Position numbers and translations under genes: made by a program. From an uncultured delta proteobacterium (GTDB lineage Bacteria; Myxococcota_A; Polyangia; Polyangiales; Houyiibacteriaceae), in contig CAVQHC010000015.1 in the NCBI GenBank assembly GCA_963712235.1, positions 81,007-145,006 of the forward strand: 64,000 nt of DNA. The letters are read 5' to 3'. Of this stretch, positions 19,948-29,453 are shown piece after piece; within the stretch, counting starts at the first letter, position 1; every line of letters begins with the position of its first letter. A model generated the notes under the pieces. The model had not been told where the DNA came from. It was given only the letters and a program-made list of their open reading frames with translations, and made no database searches.

Positions 19948-20009
19948 CCTAGCGAACAGCGGGCGCCGCGCCTAGAAGGCGGCAGCCTGGGTGGGCGCGC
20001 CCCCTGAAT

Positions 20010-20759
20010 TCAGGTGCGATTGTCGTCCAGTGCGCGTCGAGCCGTCTGGACGAGCGCTTCGACCCTCGACCTCGCAAGCGTCGCTGCGGCGCGAGCGTCG
20101 AGGCCGGCGGGCAGGGGCTCGCCGACCTGCACGGCGATCTGCGTGCGCTTTCGCGCAGCGATCTTGGCAATGTGATTGCCGAAGGATTCGTCCCCGTACG
20201 GAATCGCGGGCGAGTAGGCGAGGCCAACTGGAAGGATCGGAACGCCAAGCGAGCGAACCGCCGCGAACGCACCCGGGTGGAATTCGTGCACCGAATCGCC
20301 TGGAAACGTTCGGCCTTCCGGGAAGGCAACGACCGTGCGTCCTTCTTTTGCGCGTCTTCGAATCTCACGAAGCGCCAGAGCGCCGCTCCGCCGATCGTCG
20401 CGGTCGACGAAGATCGTATCGCCGTGCTTGGCCAAACGACCGAGCAGCGGCCAATCGGCCACGTCGTGCCGGCTCACAAGCACACCTCGAAACACCGACA
20501 GCATCACTCCGATGTCGAGCGCACTCTGGTGATTGGCGACGACCAATGCACCGCCGAGCAATTCTTGCGGACCGTCCAGCACCAGCTCTGCGCCAAAGAC
20601 CCGCAGAAGCCCGTTGGTCAAACGCGAGCGGTACCGGTTGGCGAGTGCCGCCTGCCCGGGTGCCGAGGTCATCACCCGCCGGGTTTCGTAGGCCGCGAGA
20701 ATCCCAGCGGAGAAGCTGAAAAACGCGCCGGTACGCAGGACAGCCCTGGCCCTGCTCAT
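20010..20759 (-). CDS. Lysophospholipid acyltransferase (PlsC family)
   Basis: ANHQSALD, FVDR, FPEGRT motifs. Confidence 0.9.
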   Translation of the reverse strand: MSRARAVLRTGAFFSFSAGILAAYETRRVMTSAPGQAALANRYRSRLTNGLLRVFGAELVLDGPQELLGGALVVANHQSALDIGVMLSVFRGVLVSRHDVADWPLLGRLAKHGDTIFVDRDDRRSGALALREIRRRAKEGRTVVAFPEGRTFPGDSVHEFHPGAFAAVRSLGVPILPVGLAYSPAIPYGDESFGNHIAKIAARKRTQIAVQVGEPLPAGLDARAAATLARSRVEALVQTARRALDDNRT

Positions 20760-20817
20760 TTTGCTGGCTCCCGAGTTAGGACTCGCAGAGCTTTCGATTT
20801 GATGGCAGTCTCGGCTC

Positions 20818-21390
20818 GTGTCGGCATCTCTTGCACCGGGGTTTCTCGTCGCCGCACCGTCCATGCGGTGCCCGTTTTTCAATCATACGCTGGTGCTGCT
20901 GGTCGATCACGGTGACGAGGGGTCTTTTGGCTTCGTGGTCAATCGCATGACCGACCTGGGCATCCAAGACGTCTTCAAGGAAGTCGGCGTCGCCGCTGAC
21001 GCTGCGGCTAGTGTAGAAGCGCCGGTCATGCTCGGCGGGCCCGTCTCTCCGGAGTCGGGCTGGATCCTCTACGACTCGGAAGGCGTACCTCAGCCGTCGA
21101 CCGGTCAGACCATCGCGGTGAGCCAGCGCATCGCTTGCAGTGCATCGCTCGAGCTCTTGGAGCGCCTCGCCCGAGGCGACGGACCCGACACCTGTGCGAT
21201 GATCCTCGGATACTCTGGCTGGGGCGCCGGGCAGCTCGAGACCGAAATGAAGCAGGGGTCCTGGATTCCCGTCGACCTCGACTACGAAATCGTCTTCGAC
21301 ACGCCGATCGAAAAGCGTTGGGAAGCGGCTCTCGCCACCCTTGGAATCGACCCAGCCCGTCTCATCGACAACCAGATCGCCAGCGCCTGA
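20818..21390 (+). CDS. YqgE/AlgH (UPF0301) family protein
   Basis: FLVAAP...F.HTLVLL..H...GSFGFVVNR, GGPV, LGYSGWGAGQLE.E....W. Confidence 0.9.
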   Translation: MSASLAPGFLVAAPSMRCPFFNHTLVLLVDHGDEGSFGFVVNRMTDLGIQDVFKEVGVAADAAASVEAPVMLGGPVSPESGWILYDSEGVPQPSTGQTIAVSQRIACSASLELLERLARGDGPDTCAMILGYSGWGAGQLETEMKQGSWIPVDLDYEIVFDTPIEKRWEAALATLGIDPARLIDNQIASA

Positions 21391-21458
21391 GCCGGGCGAG
21401 ATCGGCGAGCGGTCCGTCACCTTGTTTTCCGCCGGGCCAAAGGCTACCTCCCCCCGCG

Positions 21459-22259
21459 ATGCGGTTTCGTCTCGACAGCATGGTCTGGATCGCGCTTCTC
21501 GTCCTGACCGCGGCCTGCAGCGGTAGCTCGGGAAGTCTCAAGAAGACGGGCGCGAGTACGCTCGATCCTGACGACGATGCGCGCACCGGCTACGAGAAAG
21601 CCTTACTGGCTTTTCGCCGTGGCGATTGCCTTTCGGCCGAGCCGACTTTCCGCGAGATCCGGCGTGAGTTTCCCTACAGCCGTTTCGCCGCACTCGCGGA
21701 GCTTCGCATCGGCGATTGCCAGTTCAAGAATGACGCCTACCCGGAGGCGATCCAGACCTACCGACAGTTCGTGCGGATTCGTCCCTCACACAAAGAGATC
21801 CCCTACGCGCGATTTCGGATCGCCGAGGCGTATTTCAATCAGATCCCTAGCGGCTGGTTCATGACGCCGCCTTCGAGCGAGCGCGATCAGAGTGCCGCTC
21901 GGGATGCCCTGATTCAGCTTCGCCGATTCGTGGTGGACTATCCGGACGACCAACGGGTGCCCGATGCCAACAAGCTCATGGACAAATGCATGAGCCTGCT
22001 TGCCGCGCACGAGCTCTACGTCGCACGCTTCTACCTCGAGCGAGAGGCGTATCGGGGTGTGATTTCACGGCTCACCGGCTTGCTCACCGCCTATCCGGGA
22101 GCGGGCGTCGCGCCCCAGGCGCTGCTCTTGCTTGGGCAGGTCTACCTCAGGACCAACGAGGTCGAGGCGGCCCGGCAGGCCTTCAGCGAAATCGTCCAGC
22201 GCTTTCCCGAAAGCGACGAGGCCAAGCGCGCCAAGTCCCTGCTCCGCAAGATCGGCTGA
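21459..22259 (+). CDS. bamD: Outer-membrane protein assembly lipoprotein BamD
   Basis: Lipobox TAAC; FPYSRFA..AEL, Y..F....P.H....YA, RDQS, AAHELYVARFY. Confidence 0.85.
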   Translation: MRFRLDSMVWIALLVLTAACSGSSGSLKKTGASTLDPDDDARTGYEKALLAFRRGDCLSAEPTFREIRREFPYSRFAALAELRIGDCQFKNDAYPEAIQTYRQFVRIRPSHKEIPYARFRIAEAYFNQIPSGWFMTPPSSERDQSAARDALIQLRRFVVDYPDDQRVPDANKLMDKCMSLLAAHELYVARFYLEREAYRGVISRLTGLLTAYPGAGVAPQALLLLGQVYLRTNEVEAARQAFSEIVQRFPESDEAKRAKSLLRKIG

Positions 22260-22326
22260 GCGCCCGCTCGATCCTTTTGGTGCGGATTTCTGGCCAGAGA
22301 TCGGGCCGATCGCTACCTTCGCTCCC

Positions 22327-23034
22327 ATGGCTCCTTGGGCTAAACAAATTCTAGACGCGGCGAATGAGCACTACGATCGCGCCGAATACCCCCTTGCTCA
22401 GCCCTACTATGAGAAGCTCGTGCAGCAAGGCCTTCGCTATCCCGACGTGTTCAATCGGCTGGGCGTGATCTATCACCTGGGTGGCCGGCTGCCCGAAGCG
22501 CGTTGGTGCTTCCAGCAGGCGCTCGAGGTCAACTCCGGTTATCTCGAAGCCGCGCTGAACCTCACCGTGACCTGCAACGAGCTCGGGGAATATGGTTCGG
22601 GGGTGCGCACGCTCGAGCGAGCGCAGCGCAAGTCCGACTCTTCAAACGACGCCTACCGACGCGGGAAGGTCGCGAATCTTCATCGAGCGCTCGCCCGCGC
22701 CTACATCGATTTGGACCGCCCCGAGGATGCGATGCACGAGTTTGGGCGCGCGCTGCGGCTCTGTCCAAAGTTCCACGATATCCGGCTGGAGCTCGCCAAG
22801 CTGCTTCGGCTTCGCGGCAACGCGCATGGGGCTCGCGAAGAGCTGACGCTGATCCTCCAACTCGACCCCGACCACCAGGATGCCCGGGCGCTTCTGGGCG
22901 TCATCGAAATCGAGACCGGCGACCGTGGCCAGGGGCTTCGCCACCTAGAGGCCGTCATCGCGCAATCCGATGACCATCCGGTCGCTCGGGCCTATCTCGA
23001 GAAAGCGGATTCGGACTATCAGCGCGCCTCCTGA
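22327..23034 (+). CDS. Tetratricopeptide repeat protein
   Basis: YPDVFNRLGVIY, ALEVNSGYLEAALNL, ALRLCPKFHDIR TPR motifs. Confidence 0.75.
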   Translation: MAPWAKQILDAANEHYDRAEYPLAQPYYEKLVQQGLRYPDVFNRLGVIYHLGGRLPEARWCFQQALEVNSGYLEAALNLTVTCNELGEYGSGVRTLERAQRKSDSSNDAYRRGKVANLHRALARAYIDLDRPEDAMHEFGRALRLCPKFHDIRLELAKLLRLRGNAHGAREELTLILQLDPDHQDARALLGVIEIETGDRGQGLRHLEAVIAQSDDHPVARAYLEKADSDYQRAS

Positions 23035-23089
23035 GGAGGAGATCTCACCGTCTTGTAGGGGCTCCAAACGGTGCCACACTCGGGGCCAA

Positions 23090-25135
23090 GTGCTTCCAAC
23101 CGTTCTTCTGCTCGACGACGACGCTCAGTTTCGGGCCAGTGTCACACCGGCGCTCGAAGCGGAGGGTCTGCGTGTCCTGATCGCGACCAAAGGCAGCATC
23201 GCACGGGCCATGATCGAAGAGGAATCGCCGTCACTCCTCGTCGTTGACGGCCTGCTACCGGACGTCAACGGAATCACCTGGATCGAAGACCTCCGACGAG
23301 AGGGCTTCGAGACGCCCATCATTTTCGTCTCCGCCTTCTACAGGGACCTGCCTACCTTCCGGCACCTGACCCAAGAGCTCGACGTGACCAAAGTCTTTCA
23401 CAAGCCGGTCACGGTCGATCGATTCGCGCGCGCAGTTGCAAGCGTCGTCGCCGCGCTTCCAGGTCCCGCGCCGCCCGCTGCCGTCACGCCTCGGCCAGCC
23501 GAAGATTCCGCAGACCAAATCCTCTTCCCCGATGAATCGTCCGAGCCACGCGTCGACCCCGGCAGAGCCAAGGCAGCGTATCTGAGCCTGCTCCCGATCG
23601 CCGCGGACAACCTCACCGGTGCAATTCGTCGCGTTCATTCGGAGGCCGAGCGAACCAGCGTGGTTTCGGACGCGCTTCGTCAGGCCCACGACCTGCGCAG
23701 CACCGCGCAAACGCATGGCTTCAACGAGATTTCCGATGCCGCAGGTCGGATCGAGCTCGAGCTTCGCCAGCTACAGAAGTCGGGGCGGCTCGATTGGCCA
23801 ATCATGTTCGAGTCGATCGATTCGATGCGGGCCTACGCCTCCGCGGCTGCGGGCCGTCCGAATGACACCCCATCGATGGCCGCGGCACCACCCTCGGTCA
23901 CGCCCGCCGCGAGCTTCTTCTTGCATCGCCCCATTCCTAAGGATTTCGTACCAACGCTGCTCGTCCTCGAAGACGATCCCGCAATGATCGCCTATCTGCG
24001 CTCTGCGCTCGATGAGGTGCTGGTGCACCTGAGGCCCGTTTCGACCGTCGAGGAGGCACTCAAGATCGCAGGCCGCAACGCGCCGACCGCAGCCCTGGTG
24101 GGCTGGCCCCTTCAGGACCGCGAAGCGCTGTCCCAGTTCGTCCCGCTGTTTCGTGGCTTGCAGGGCTGCGACGAGGCTCCAGTCATCCTGCTCTCCGTCG
24201 ACGACGACCCGCACACGCGTGCTCTGGCTGCCCAGCTCGGCGTGGACATTTTTTTGCCGCACCCGATCGAGCTCGTCCGATTGCACCACGCGCTGAGCAC
24301 AGCGGTCGAGCGAGCGATGACCCCGCGACCCAAAGTGGCCGTTCTTCGCGATCCCGAGGCCGCCCGGGTCATCGAAGAGAACGGCATCGATTGCTTGCTC
24401 TTCTTCAGCCTCGATGAGCTCCTGCGAGAGATCGACGTCCAGTGCCCGGACGCAATCCTTCTGGGCTCGAGCGTGACAGGCAAGCAGGTGCCGGCGATCA
24501 TTCGCATGTCGGCCTGGGATTCGGAGTTCGCTCTGCTCTGCTTCGAGGACTCCCCGCTGGCGGACACACGCGAGATCACCGAATGCCTGATTCGATCGTC
24601 GGGGTGGATGGTGCACCTTCATGGCGAGGCCGATCGCATGGCGCGACTACGCCGGCAGCAGTTGCGCTGCAGTCAAACCGGCCTGCTCACGCGGCCCGGG
24701 GCCGTAGCCGCGCTCGAGGTGGGGCTTTCCTCCGCTCAGCGTCACGGGCGCACCTACTCGATTGGGCTTCTGCAAGCGACCGGCCTCGACGGGCTCGACC
24801 ATGTCCAGGCGCGGCGCCTGAGAACGTATCTGGGGCGTCTGATTCACGGCAGATTCCGCCGCGAAGACGTTCGAGGGCGCTGGGATGATGACACCTTCGT
24901 CGTCGGCTTCGATGGAGCGAGCGCCCGTGCCGTCGTGGAGGTGGTTCGCAGGCTACAGTCCGACCTCGAGACGCGCCGGATCCGGCAGCCCGAAGAGCTT
25001 TTCTTCGCGCACATGGCGGTGGGCCTCGCCTCCTACCCGCTCGATGGGGACACCGCTCGTTCGCTGATTCTCGCTGCCCACGAGCGCCTCGAAACGGCGG
25101 TCGAACGCGATCCCGACGCCCTTGTTTGGCGCTAG
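23090..25135 (+). CDS. Multidomain response regulator: REC-Hpt-REC-(REC)-degenerate GGDEF
   Basis: REC1 LLDDD...VDGLLP...KP; Hpt AHDLRSTA..HG; REC2 lacks the phospho-Asp; C-terminal TGL...RREDVRGRWDDDTF...GLASYP.DG. Confidence 0.8.
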   Translation: MLPTVLLLDDDAQFRASVTPALEAEGLRVLIATKGSIARAMIEEESPSLLVVDGLLPDVNGITWIEDLRREGFETPIIFVSAFYRDLPTFRHLTQELDVTKVFHKPVTVDRFARAVASVVAALPGPAPPAAVTPRPAEDSADQILFPDESSEPRVDPGRAKAAYLSLLPIAADNLTGAIRRVHSEAERTSVVSDALRQAHDLRSTAQTHGFNEISDAAGRIELELRQLQKSGRLDWPIMFESIDSMRAYASAAAGRPNDTPSMAAAPPSVTPAASFFLHRPIPKDFVPTLLVLEDDPAMIAYLRSALDEVLVHLRPVSTVEEALKIAGRNAPTAALVGWPLQDREALSQFVPLFRGLQGCDEAPVILLSVDDDPHTRALAAQLGVDIFLPHPIELVRLHHALSTAVERAMTPRPKVAVLRDPEAARVIEENGIDCLLFFSLDELLREIDVQCPDAILLGSSVTGKQVPAIIRMSAWDSEFALLCFEDSPLADTREITECLIRSSGWMVHLHGEADRMARLRRQQLRCSQTGLLTRPGAVAALEVGLSSAQRHGRTYSIGLLQATGLDGLDHVQARRLRTYLGRLIHGRFRREDVRGRWDDDTFVVGFDGASARAVVEVVRRLQSDLETRRIRQPEELFFAHMAVGLASYPLDGDTARSLILAAHERLETAVERDPDALVWR

Positions 25136-25236
25136 CATTGCCGCTCGCCTCCTGAGGTGGGACAGGCTAAACTTCCAACATCGAACCAACTGCGCAGCGC
25201 GGCCCCGCGGAGACCGATGTAGCCGCCGACATTGAA

Positions 25237-26184
25237 GTGGGCGATTCGAGCTTGTTGCTGCGGCTGACCGGCCCGGGCGGCTCGAATCTACGCACGCTCG
25301 AAGCTGAGCTCGGGGTTTCGATGGGCCTGCGAGGCTCGACGATTCACGTCCACGGGCCGAACCGGGACGTCGAGATGGTGGAGCGCGTACTTCACGAGCT
25401 GATCGATGCCCTCCAATTCCGGGAGCTCAGCGCCGTCGAAATGGCGCGCGCGGCGCGCACCCTTCGCGCGCATCCGCAGATGAGGCTTCGCGCGCTTCTG
25501 GACGACGTCGTACTGACAACCTCCAGCCGGCGTATCGTTTCACCCAAGGGCATTACCCAACAGACGTACATTCAGGCGATCCGAAGCCACGACATCGTGT
25601 TCGGGATCGGGCCCGCCGGCACAGGCAAGACCTACCTCGCTATGGCGATGGCGATTCGCGCCCTTCAAGAGCGCCAGGTCAAGCGGATCGTCTTGACGCG
25701 TCCGGCGGTCGAGGCTGGCGAACGCCTCGGTTTCCTGCCGGGCGACCTCGCGGAGAAGATCAACCCTTACCTTCGACCGCTCTACGATGCCCTGCACGAC
25801 ATGATGGAGCCGGGACGGATCGCCGCGCTGATCGAGCGGGGTACCATCGAGGTTGCGCCCCTGGCGTTCATGCGAGGCCGGACGCTCAACGACAGCTTCG
25901 TGGTCCTGGACGAGGCACAGAACACGACGCGGGAGCAGATGAAGATGTTCCTGACACGGCTGGGCTTCGACTCGAAGACGGTCATTACGGGCGACGTGAC
26001 TCAGGTGGATCTGCCGGGTGGAGCGCACAGCGGGCTTCGGCACGCCGAAAAGGTGCTCTCGCACATCAACGGCATCGACTTCGTCTATTTCTCCCACACC
26101 GATGTCGTACGTCACCCCTTGGTCCAGCAAATCGTCCAGGCCTACGATGTTCACGAATCGGGCTCTTCCGACGGTGACATCTAA
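25237..26184 (+). CDS. phoH: PhoH family ATPase
   Basis: GPAGTGKT, RPAVEAGERLGFLPGD, APLAFMRGRT, DEAQN, VVRHPLV. Confidence 0.95.
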   Translation: MGDSSLLLRLTGPGGSNLRTLEAELGVSMGLRGSTIHVHGPNRDVEMVERVLHELIDALQFRELSAVEMARAARTLRAHPQMRLRALLDDVVLTTSSRRIVSPKGITQQTYIQAIRSHDIVFGIGPAGTGKTYLAMAMAIRALQERQVKRIVLTRPAVEAGERLGFLPGDLAEKINPYLRPLYDALHDMMEPGRIAALIERGTIEVAPLAFMRGRTLNDSFVVLDEAQNTTREQMKMFLTRLGFDSKTVITGDVTQVDLPGGAHSGLRHAEKVLSHINGIDFVYFSHTDVVRHPLVQQIVQAYDVHESGSSDGDI

Positions 26185-26210
26185 GCTCTGCCTGTTATGC
26201 TAGCCGCCAC

Positions 26211-27119
26211 ATGACCGACCGAATCTACGACGGCGCGCTGGACCTCATCGGCCACACGCCTTTGGTACGGCTCGCGCGAATCAGCGACGAGAAGGGCGCC
26301 GAGATCTGCGGAAAGCTCGAGTCGAACAACGTCGCGGGCTCGGTCAAAGACCGGCCTGCGCTTTCGATGATCCTTGCCGCCGAAGCATCGGGAGAGCTCC
26401 GAGAGGGCTCGACGGTCGTCGAGGCGACCAGCGGCAACACTGGGATCAGCCTCGCCATGATCTGCGCCGTTCGTGGATACCGTTGCCTGATTGTGATGCC
26501 GGAGGACATGAGCGCGGCGCGTCGCCACCTGCTGAAATCCTATGGCGCCGAGGTGGTCTTGACGGCAGCCGAGGACGGCATGGCAGGTGCCGTCGAGCAG
26601 GCGGAGCGCCTGCTTCGGACGACGCCGGACGCGATGATGTGCGGCCAGTTCGAGAATCCGGCCAATCCTGCGATTCACGCGAAAACGACCGCAGAAGAGA
26701 TCTGGGAGGCAACCGGCGGCAAGGTCGACGCCTTCGTCGCTGGTGTGGGGACGGGCGGCACGCTCACCGGGGTCGGGCGCGTGCTCAAGAGCCGCAATCC
26801 GGACGTTCGCCTGGTCGCCGTCGAGCCGCGCGCGAGCGCAGTGCTATCGGGCGGGAAGGCGGGCCTGCACGGGATCCAGGGCCTTGGGGCCGGCTTCATT
26901 CCGGCGGTGCTCGACACCAAGCTTCCGGACGAGGTGCTGACCGTCACCGACCTCGCCGCGGAGCGCATGACGAAGCGATTGGCACGAGAAGAGGGCCTGT
27001 TGCTGGGGCCTTCGGCCGGTGCGAACGTTCACGCTGCGCTCGAAGTGGCGCGCCGATTGAAGCCCGGGCAGCGAGTCGTCACGATTTTGTGCGATGGCGG
27101 TGAGCGCTACCTCTGCTGA
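26211..27119 (+). CDS. cysK: Cysteine synthase A
   Basis: IGHTPLV, GSVKDR (PLP Lys), TSGNTG, GVGTGGT, IQGLGAGF, D.GERYL. Confidence 0.95.
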   Translation: MTDRIYDGALDLIGHTPLVRLARISDEKGAEICGKLESNNVAGSVKDRPALSMILAAEASGELREGSTVVEATSGNTGISLAMICAVRGYRCLIVMPEDMSAARRHLLKSYGAEVVLTAAEDGMAGAVEQAERLLRTTPDAMMCGQFENPANPAIHAKTTAEEIWEATGGKVDAFVAGVGTGGTLTGVGRVLKSRNPDVRLVAVEPRASAVLSGGKAGLHGIQGLGAGFIPAVLDTKLPDEVLTVTDLAAERMTKRLAREEGLLLGPSAGANVHAALEVARRLKPGQRVVTILCDGGERYLC

Positions 27120-27125
27120 CCGCGC

Positions 27126-27839
27126 ATGGGCGAGCTCGTCAAAGCTTCGCGCGCACTGAGCCGCGTCATCACCGCGCTCGAGTTCGGCGCGCCGGTCACG
27201 CACGTCTACAATCCTCTTCAATACGCGCGGCGCTCGCACGAGCTTTATTTGAGTCGCTTCGGCTGTGGCAAAAAAGAGGTCGTCCTGGTCGGAATGAACC
27301 CCGGACCGTTCGGGATGGGTCAGACGGGCGTCCCGTTTGGCGACGTCGGTTTCGTCCGCGATTGGATGGGTATCGAGGCGCCGGTCGATCGTCCGGACGA
27401 CGAGCACCCAAAGCGCCCAGTACTCGGTTTCGACTGCGAGCGGTCGGAAGTCAGCGGCTCCCGTCTTTGGGGTTGGGCGAGGGGGCGCTTTGGCACGCCG
27501 GAACGGTTCTTTTCGAGGTTTTTCGTTCTCAACTATTGTCCCCTTCTGTTCCTGGAATCGACCGGACGAAATCGCACACCTGACAAGCTATCCGCCGACG
27601 AGCGGGCCGCGCTCCTGCCTGCCTGCGACCGGGCACTGCGCGACGCCGTCGAGATCCTCTCCCCGACCCTCGTCGTCGGTGTGGGGGCCTGGGCAACCAA
27701 GCGCGCGCGCGCTGCGCTCGGCGCGGCGGGCCCGGCGATTGGCACCGTCCTGCACCCCAGCCCGGCAAGCCCGAAGGCCAATCGAGGGTGGGCGCCGCAG
27801 GCCGAAAGCGACCTGCGCGGCTTGGGCATCGACTTATAG
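27126..27839 (+). CDS. SMUG1-type (family 3) uracil-DNA glycosylase
   Basis: YNPLQYA, GMNPGPFGMGQTGVPFG, SEVSG.RLW, NYCPL, HPSPASP. Confidence 0.9.
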   Translation: MGELVKASRALSRVITALEFGAPVTHVYNPLQYARRSHELYLSRFGCGKKEVVLVGMNPGPFGMGQTGVPFGDVGFVRDWMGIEAPVDRPDDEHPKRPVLGFDCERSEVSGSRLWGWARGRFGTPERFFSRFFVLNYCPLLFLESTGRNRTPDKLSADERAALLPACDRALRDAVEILSPTLVVGVGAWATKRARAALGAAGPAIGTVLHPSPASPKANRGWAPQAESDLRGLGIDL

Positions 27840-27888
27840 GCGCGCGCCTCGCATCCATGCGCTATGCTCCGCCCCGGGGTTCGACGAA

Positions 27889-28164
27889 ATGCGGAGCAAA
27901 GCCATCCAAGTCGCGGCCATCGTGGCGCTCGTTTCGGGGTGCGGACACGAGTCCGCTGCCACGCAGCAGATACGGAGTGCCGCGGCAGTCGATCTGGACT
28001 GTGATGCCTCGATGATCGAGTTCGTGGACGACGCGGCCATGCAGAAGCGAGTCAGCGGGTGCGGTCGCACCTTGACGTACATGTACAAGTGCAAAGCCAC
28101 GGCGGGCGGCGGCAAGGACTGCCGCTGGAAGCCCGTCCCGGACGATAGCAACAAGCTCAACTAG
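27889..28164 (+). CDS. Small Cys-containing lipoprotein, hypothetical
   Basis: Lipobox VSGC; AAVDLDC...VSGCG....Y. Confidence 0.6.
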   Translation: MRSKAIQVAAIVALVSGCGHESAATQQIRSAAAVDLDCDASMIEFVDDAAMQKRVSGCGRTLTYMYKCKATAGGGKDCRWKPVPDDSNKLN

Positions 28165-29411
28165 CCGCCGTCGGCCTGCAGCGCGCGCACCTGCTCCTGC
28201 AGCTCGCCGATATCGGGGTTGTTCGGGTCGAAAGCGCTTGCACGTTCGAGTGCCGAGGTCGCATCCGCGAGGTCTCCGCGTTCGAGGGCTGCGCGCGCAT
28301 TCTCGAGCTCGTCTTTCGCCGCCTCTTCGCGTTCGTGCGGAGAGAGGGCGTCGGGGCCAGCATCGGTCTCATCGCCGGCGGCGGCGGCAGTGGCAGCGTC
28401 AGTGTCAGTGTCAGTGCCAGCGTCCATGTCAGCGCCAGCGTCGGTGCTGGCACCGGCGTTGTTGGGCTTTGGATTGCAGTTTTCGACCGCAATCCATAGG
28501 GCCAGGAGGAGTCCGATGGTCAATGTCATGGCGAACGGCAGACCGGTGCGTCGACGTCTCGATTTCGATGGACGGTGTCCGTCGTAGGCTTGCTTGAGTG
28601 CAGATACGAAGGTTCGCGCGCTTGCGTATCGGTCGGAGGGACGCTTGCAGAGCGCACGCAGGATGGCGGCATCGAGCGCACTTGGGATTGCAGCGCCCCG
28701 ATTGGCCTCGCTTGGCGGTACCGGGTCGATGCTCATGACCTTGTGCGCAACGGCCAACGCCTCGGATCCGGGAAACGCGCGCTCGCCGCACGCCGCCTCG
28801 TAGATGACTGCCCCGAAGGAGAACAAGTCGCTCTGCTCACTGTACTCGCCGCTCCGAAGCGTCTCCGGCGCGGCGTAACATGGAGTGCCTAGAAACTGAC
28901 CCTCCTTCGTGAGGTCCGCGTTCGGGATTCGAGCAATCCCGAAGTCCGCTAGCTTCACCTGGCCATTGCTGGTTATCAGCAAATTCTCGGGCTTGAGGTC
29001 CCGGTGGATCACGCCGGCGACGTGCGCGGTCGTCAGGGCATCGGCGACCTGTTGGGCGAGGTCGAGGAGCTCGTCGCGGGACAAGGGACCACGCTCTTTC
29101 AGCGCCTGCTTGAGGGTGTGCCCGGGGACATACTCGAACACCAGATAAGGGCCGACGTTCGGATCGTCTCCGACATCGAATATCTGAACGATATTCGGAT
29201 GTTGCAGGCGGGCTGCCGCACGTGCCTCGTTCTGAAAACGGCTCAGGAAAACCTCGCGCGTATCGGGATCGAGAGCGAGGTCACGGAGCGTTTTTACAGC
29301 GACGGGCCGGTCGAGATCTGCATCGTGCGCAAGATAGACGTTCCCCATCGAACCAGCGCCGAGGAGGCGGTCGATGCGGTAGCGGCCGATCTGTTGCGGC
29401 AGTTCTTCCAT
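28161..29411 (-). CDS. Membrane-anchored Hanks-type Ser/Thr protein kinase
   Basis: LGAGSMG, VAVK, HRDLKPEN, DFG, YAAPE, DLFSFG; TM helix; C-terminal TPR-like helix. Confidence 0.95.
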   Translation of the reverse strand: MEELPQQIGRYRIDRLLGAGSMGNVYLAHDADLDRPVAVKTLRDLALDPDTREVFLSRFQNEARAAARLQHPNIVQIFDVGDDPNVGPYLVFEYVPGHTLKQALKERGPLSRDELLDLAQQVADALTTAHVAGVIHRDLKPENLLITSNGQVKLADFGIARIPNADLTKEGQFLGTPCYAAPETLRSGEYSEQSDLFSFGAVIYEAACGERAFPGSEALAVAHKVMSIDPVPPSEANRGAAIPSALDAAILRALCKRPSDRYASARTFVSALKQAYDGHRPSKSRRRRTGLPFAMTLTIGLLLALWIAVENCNPKPNNAGASTDAGADMDAGTDTDTDAATAAAAGDETDAGPDALSPHEREEAAKDELENARAALERGDLADATSALERASAFDPNNPDIGELQEQVRALQADGG

Positions 29412-29453
29412 GGGCGCGATCTAGTCCATGCTGGAGCACGGGGCCACAGAGGA

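Noticed and set aside
28398-28445. GTCAGT hexamer repeats as a phase-variable tract
   Set aside because: In-frame, encodes a TDTDTDA linker in the kinase, only about 3 perfect units
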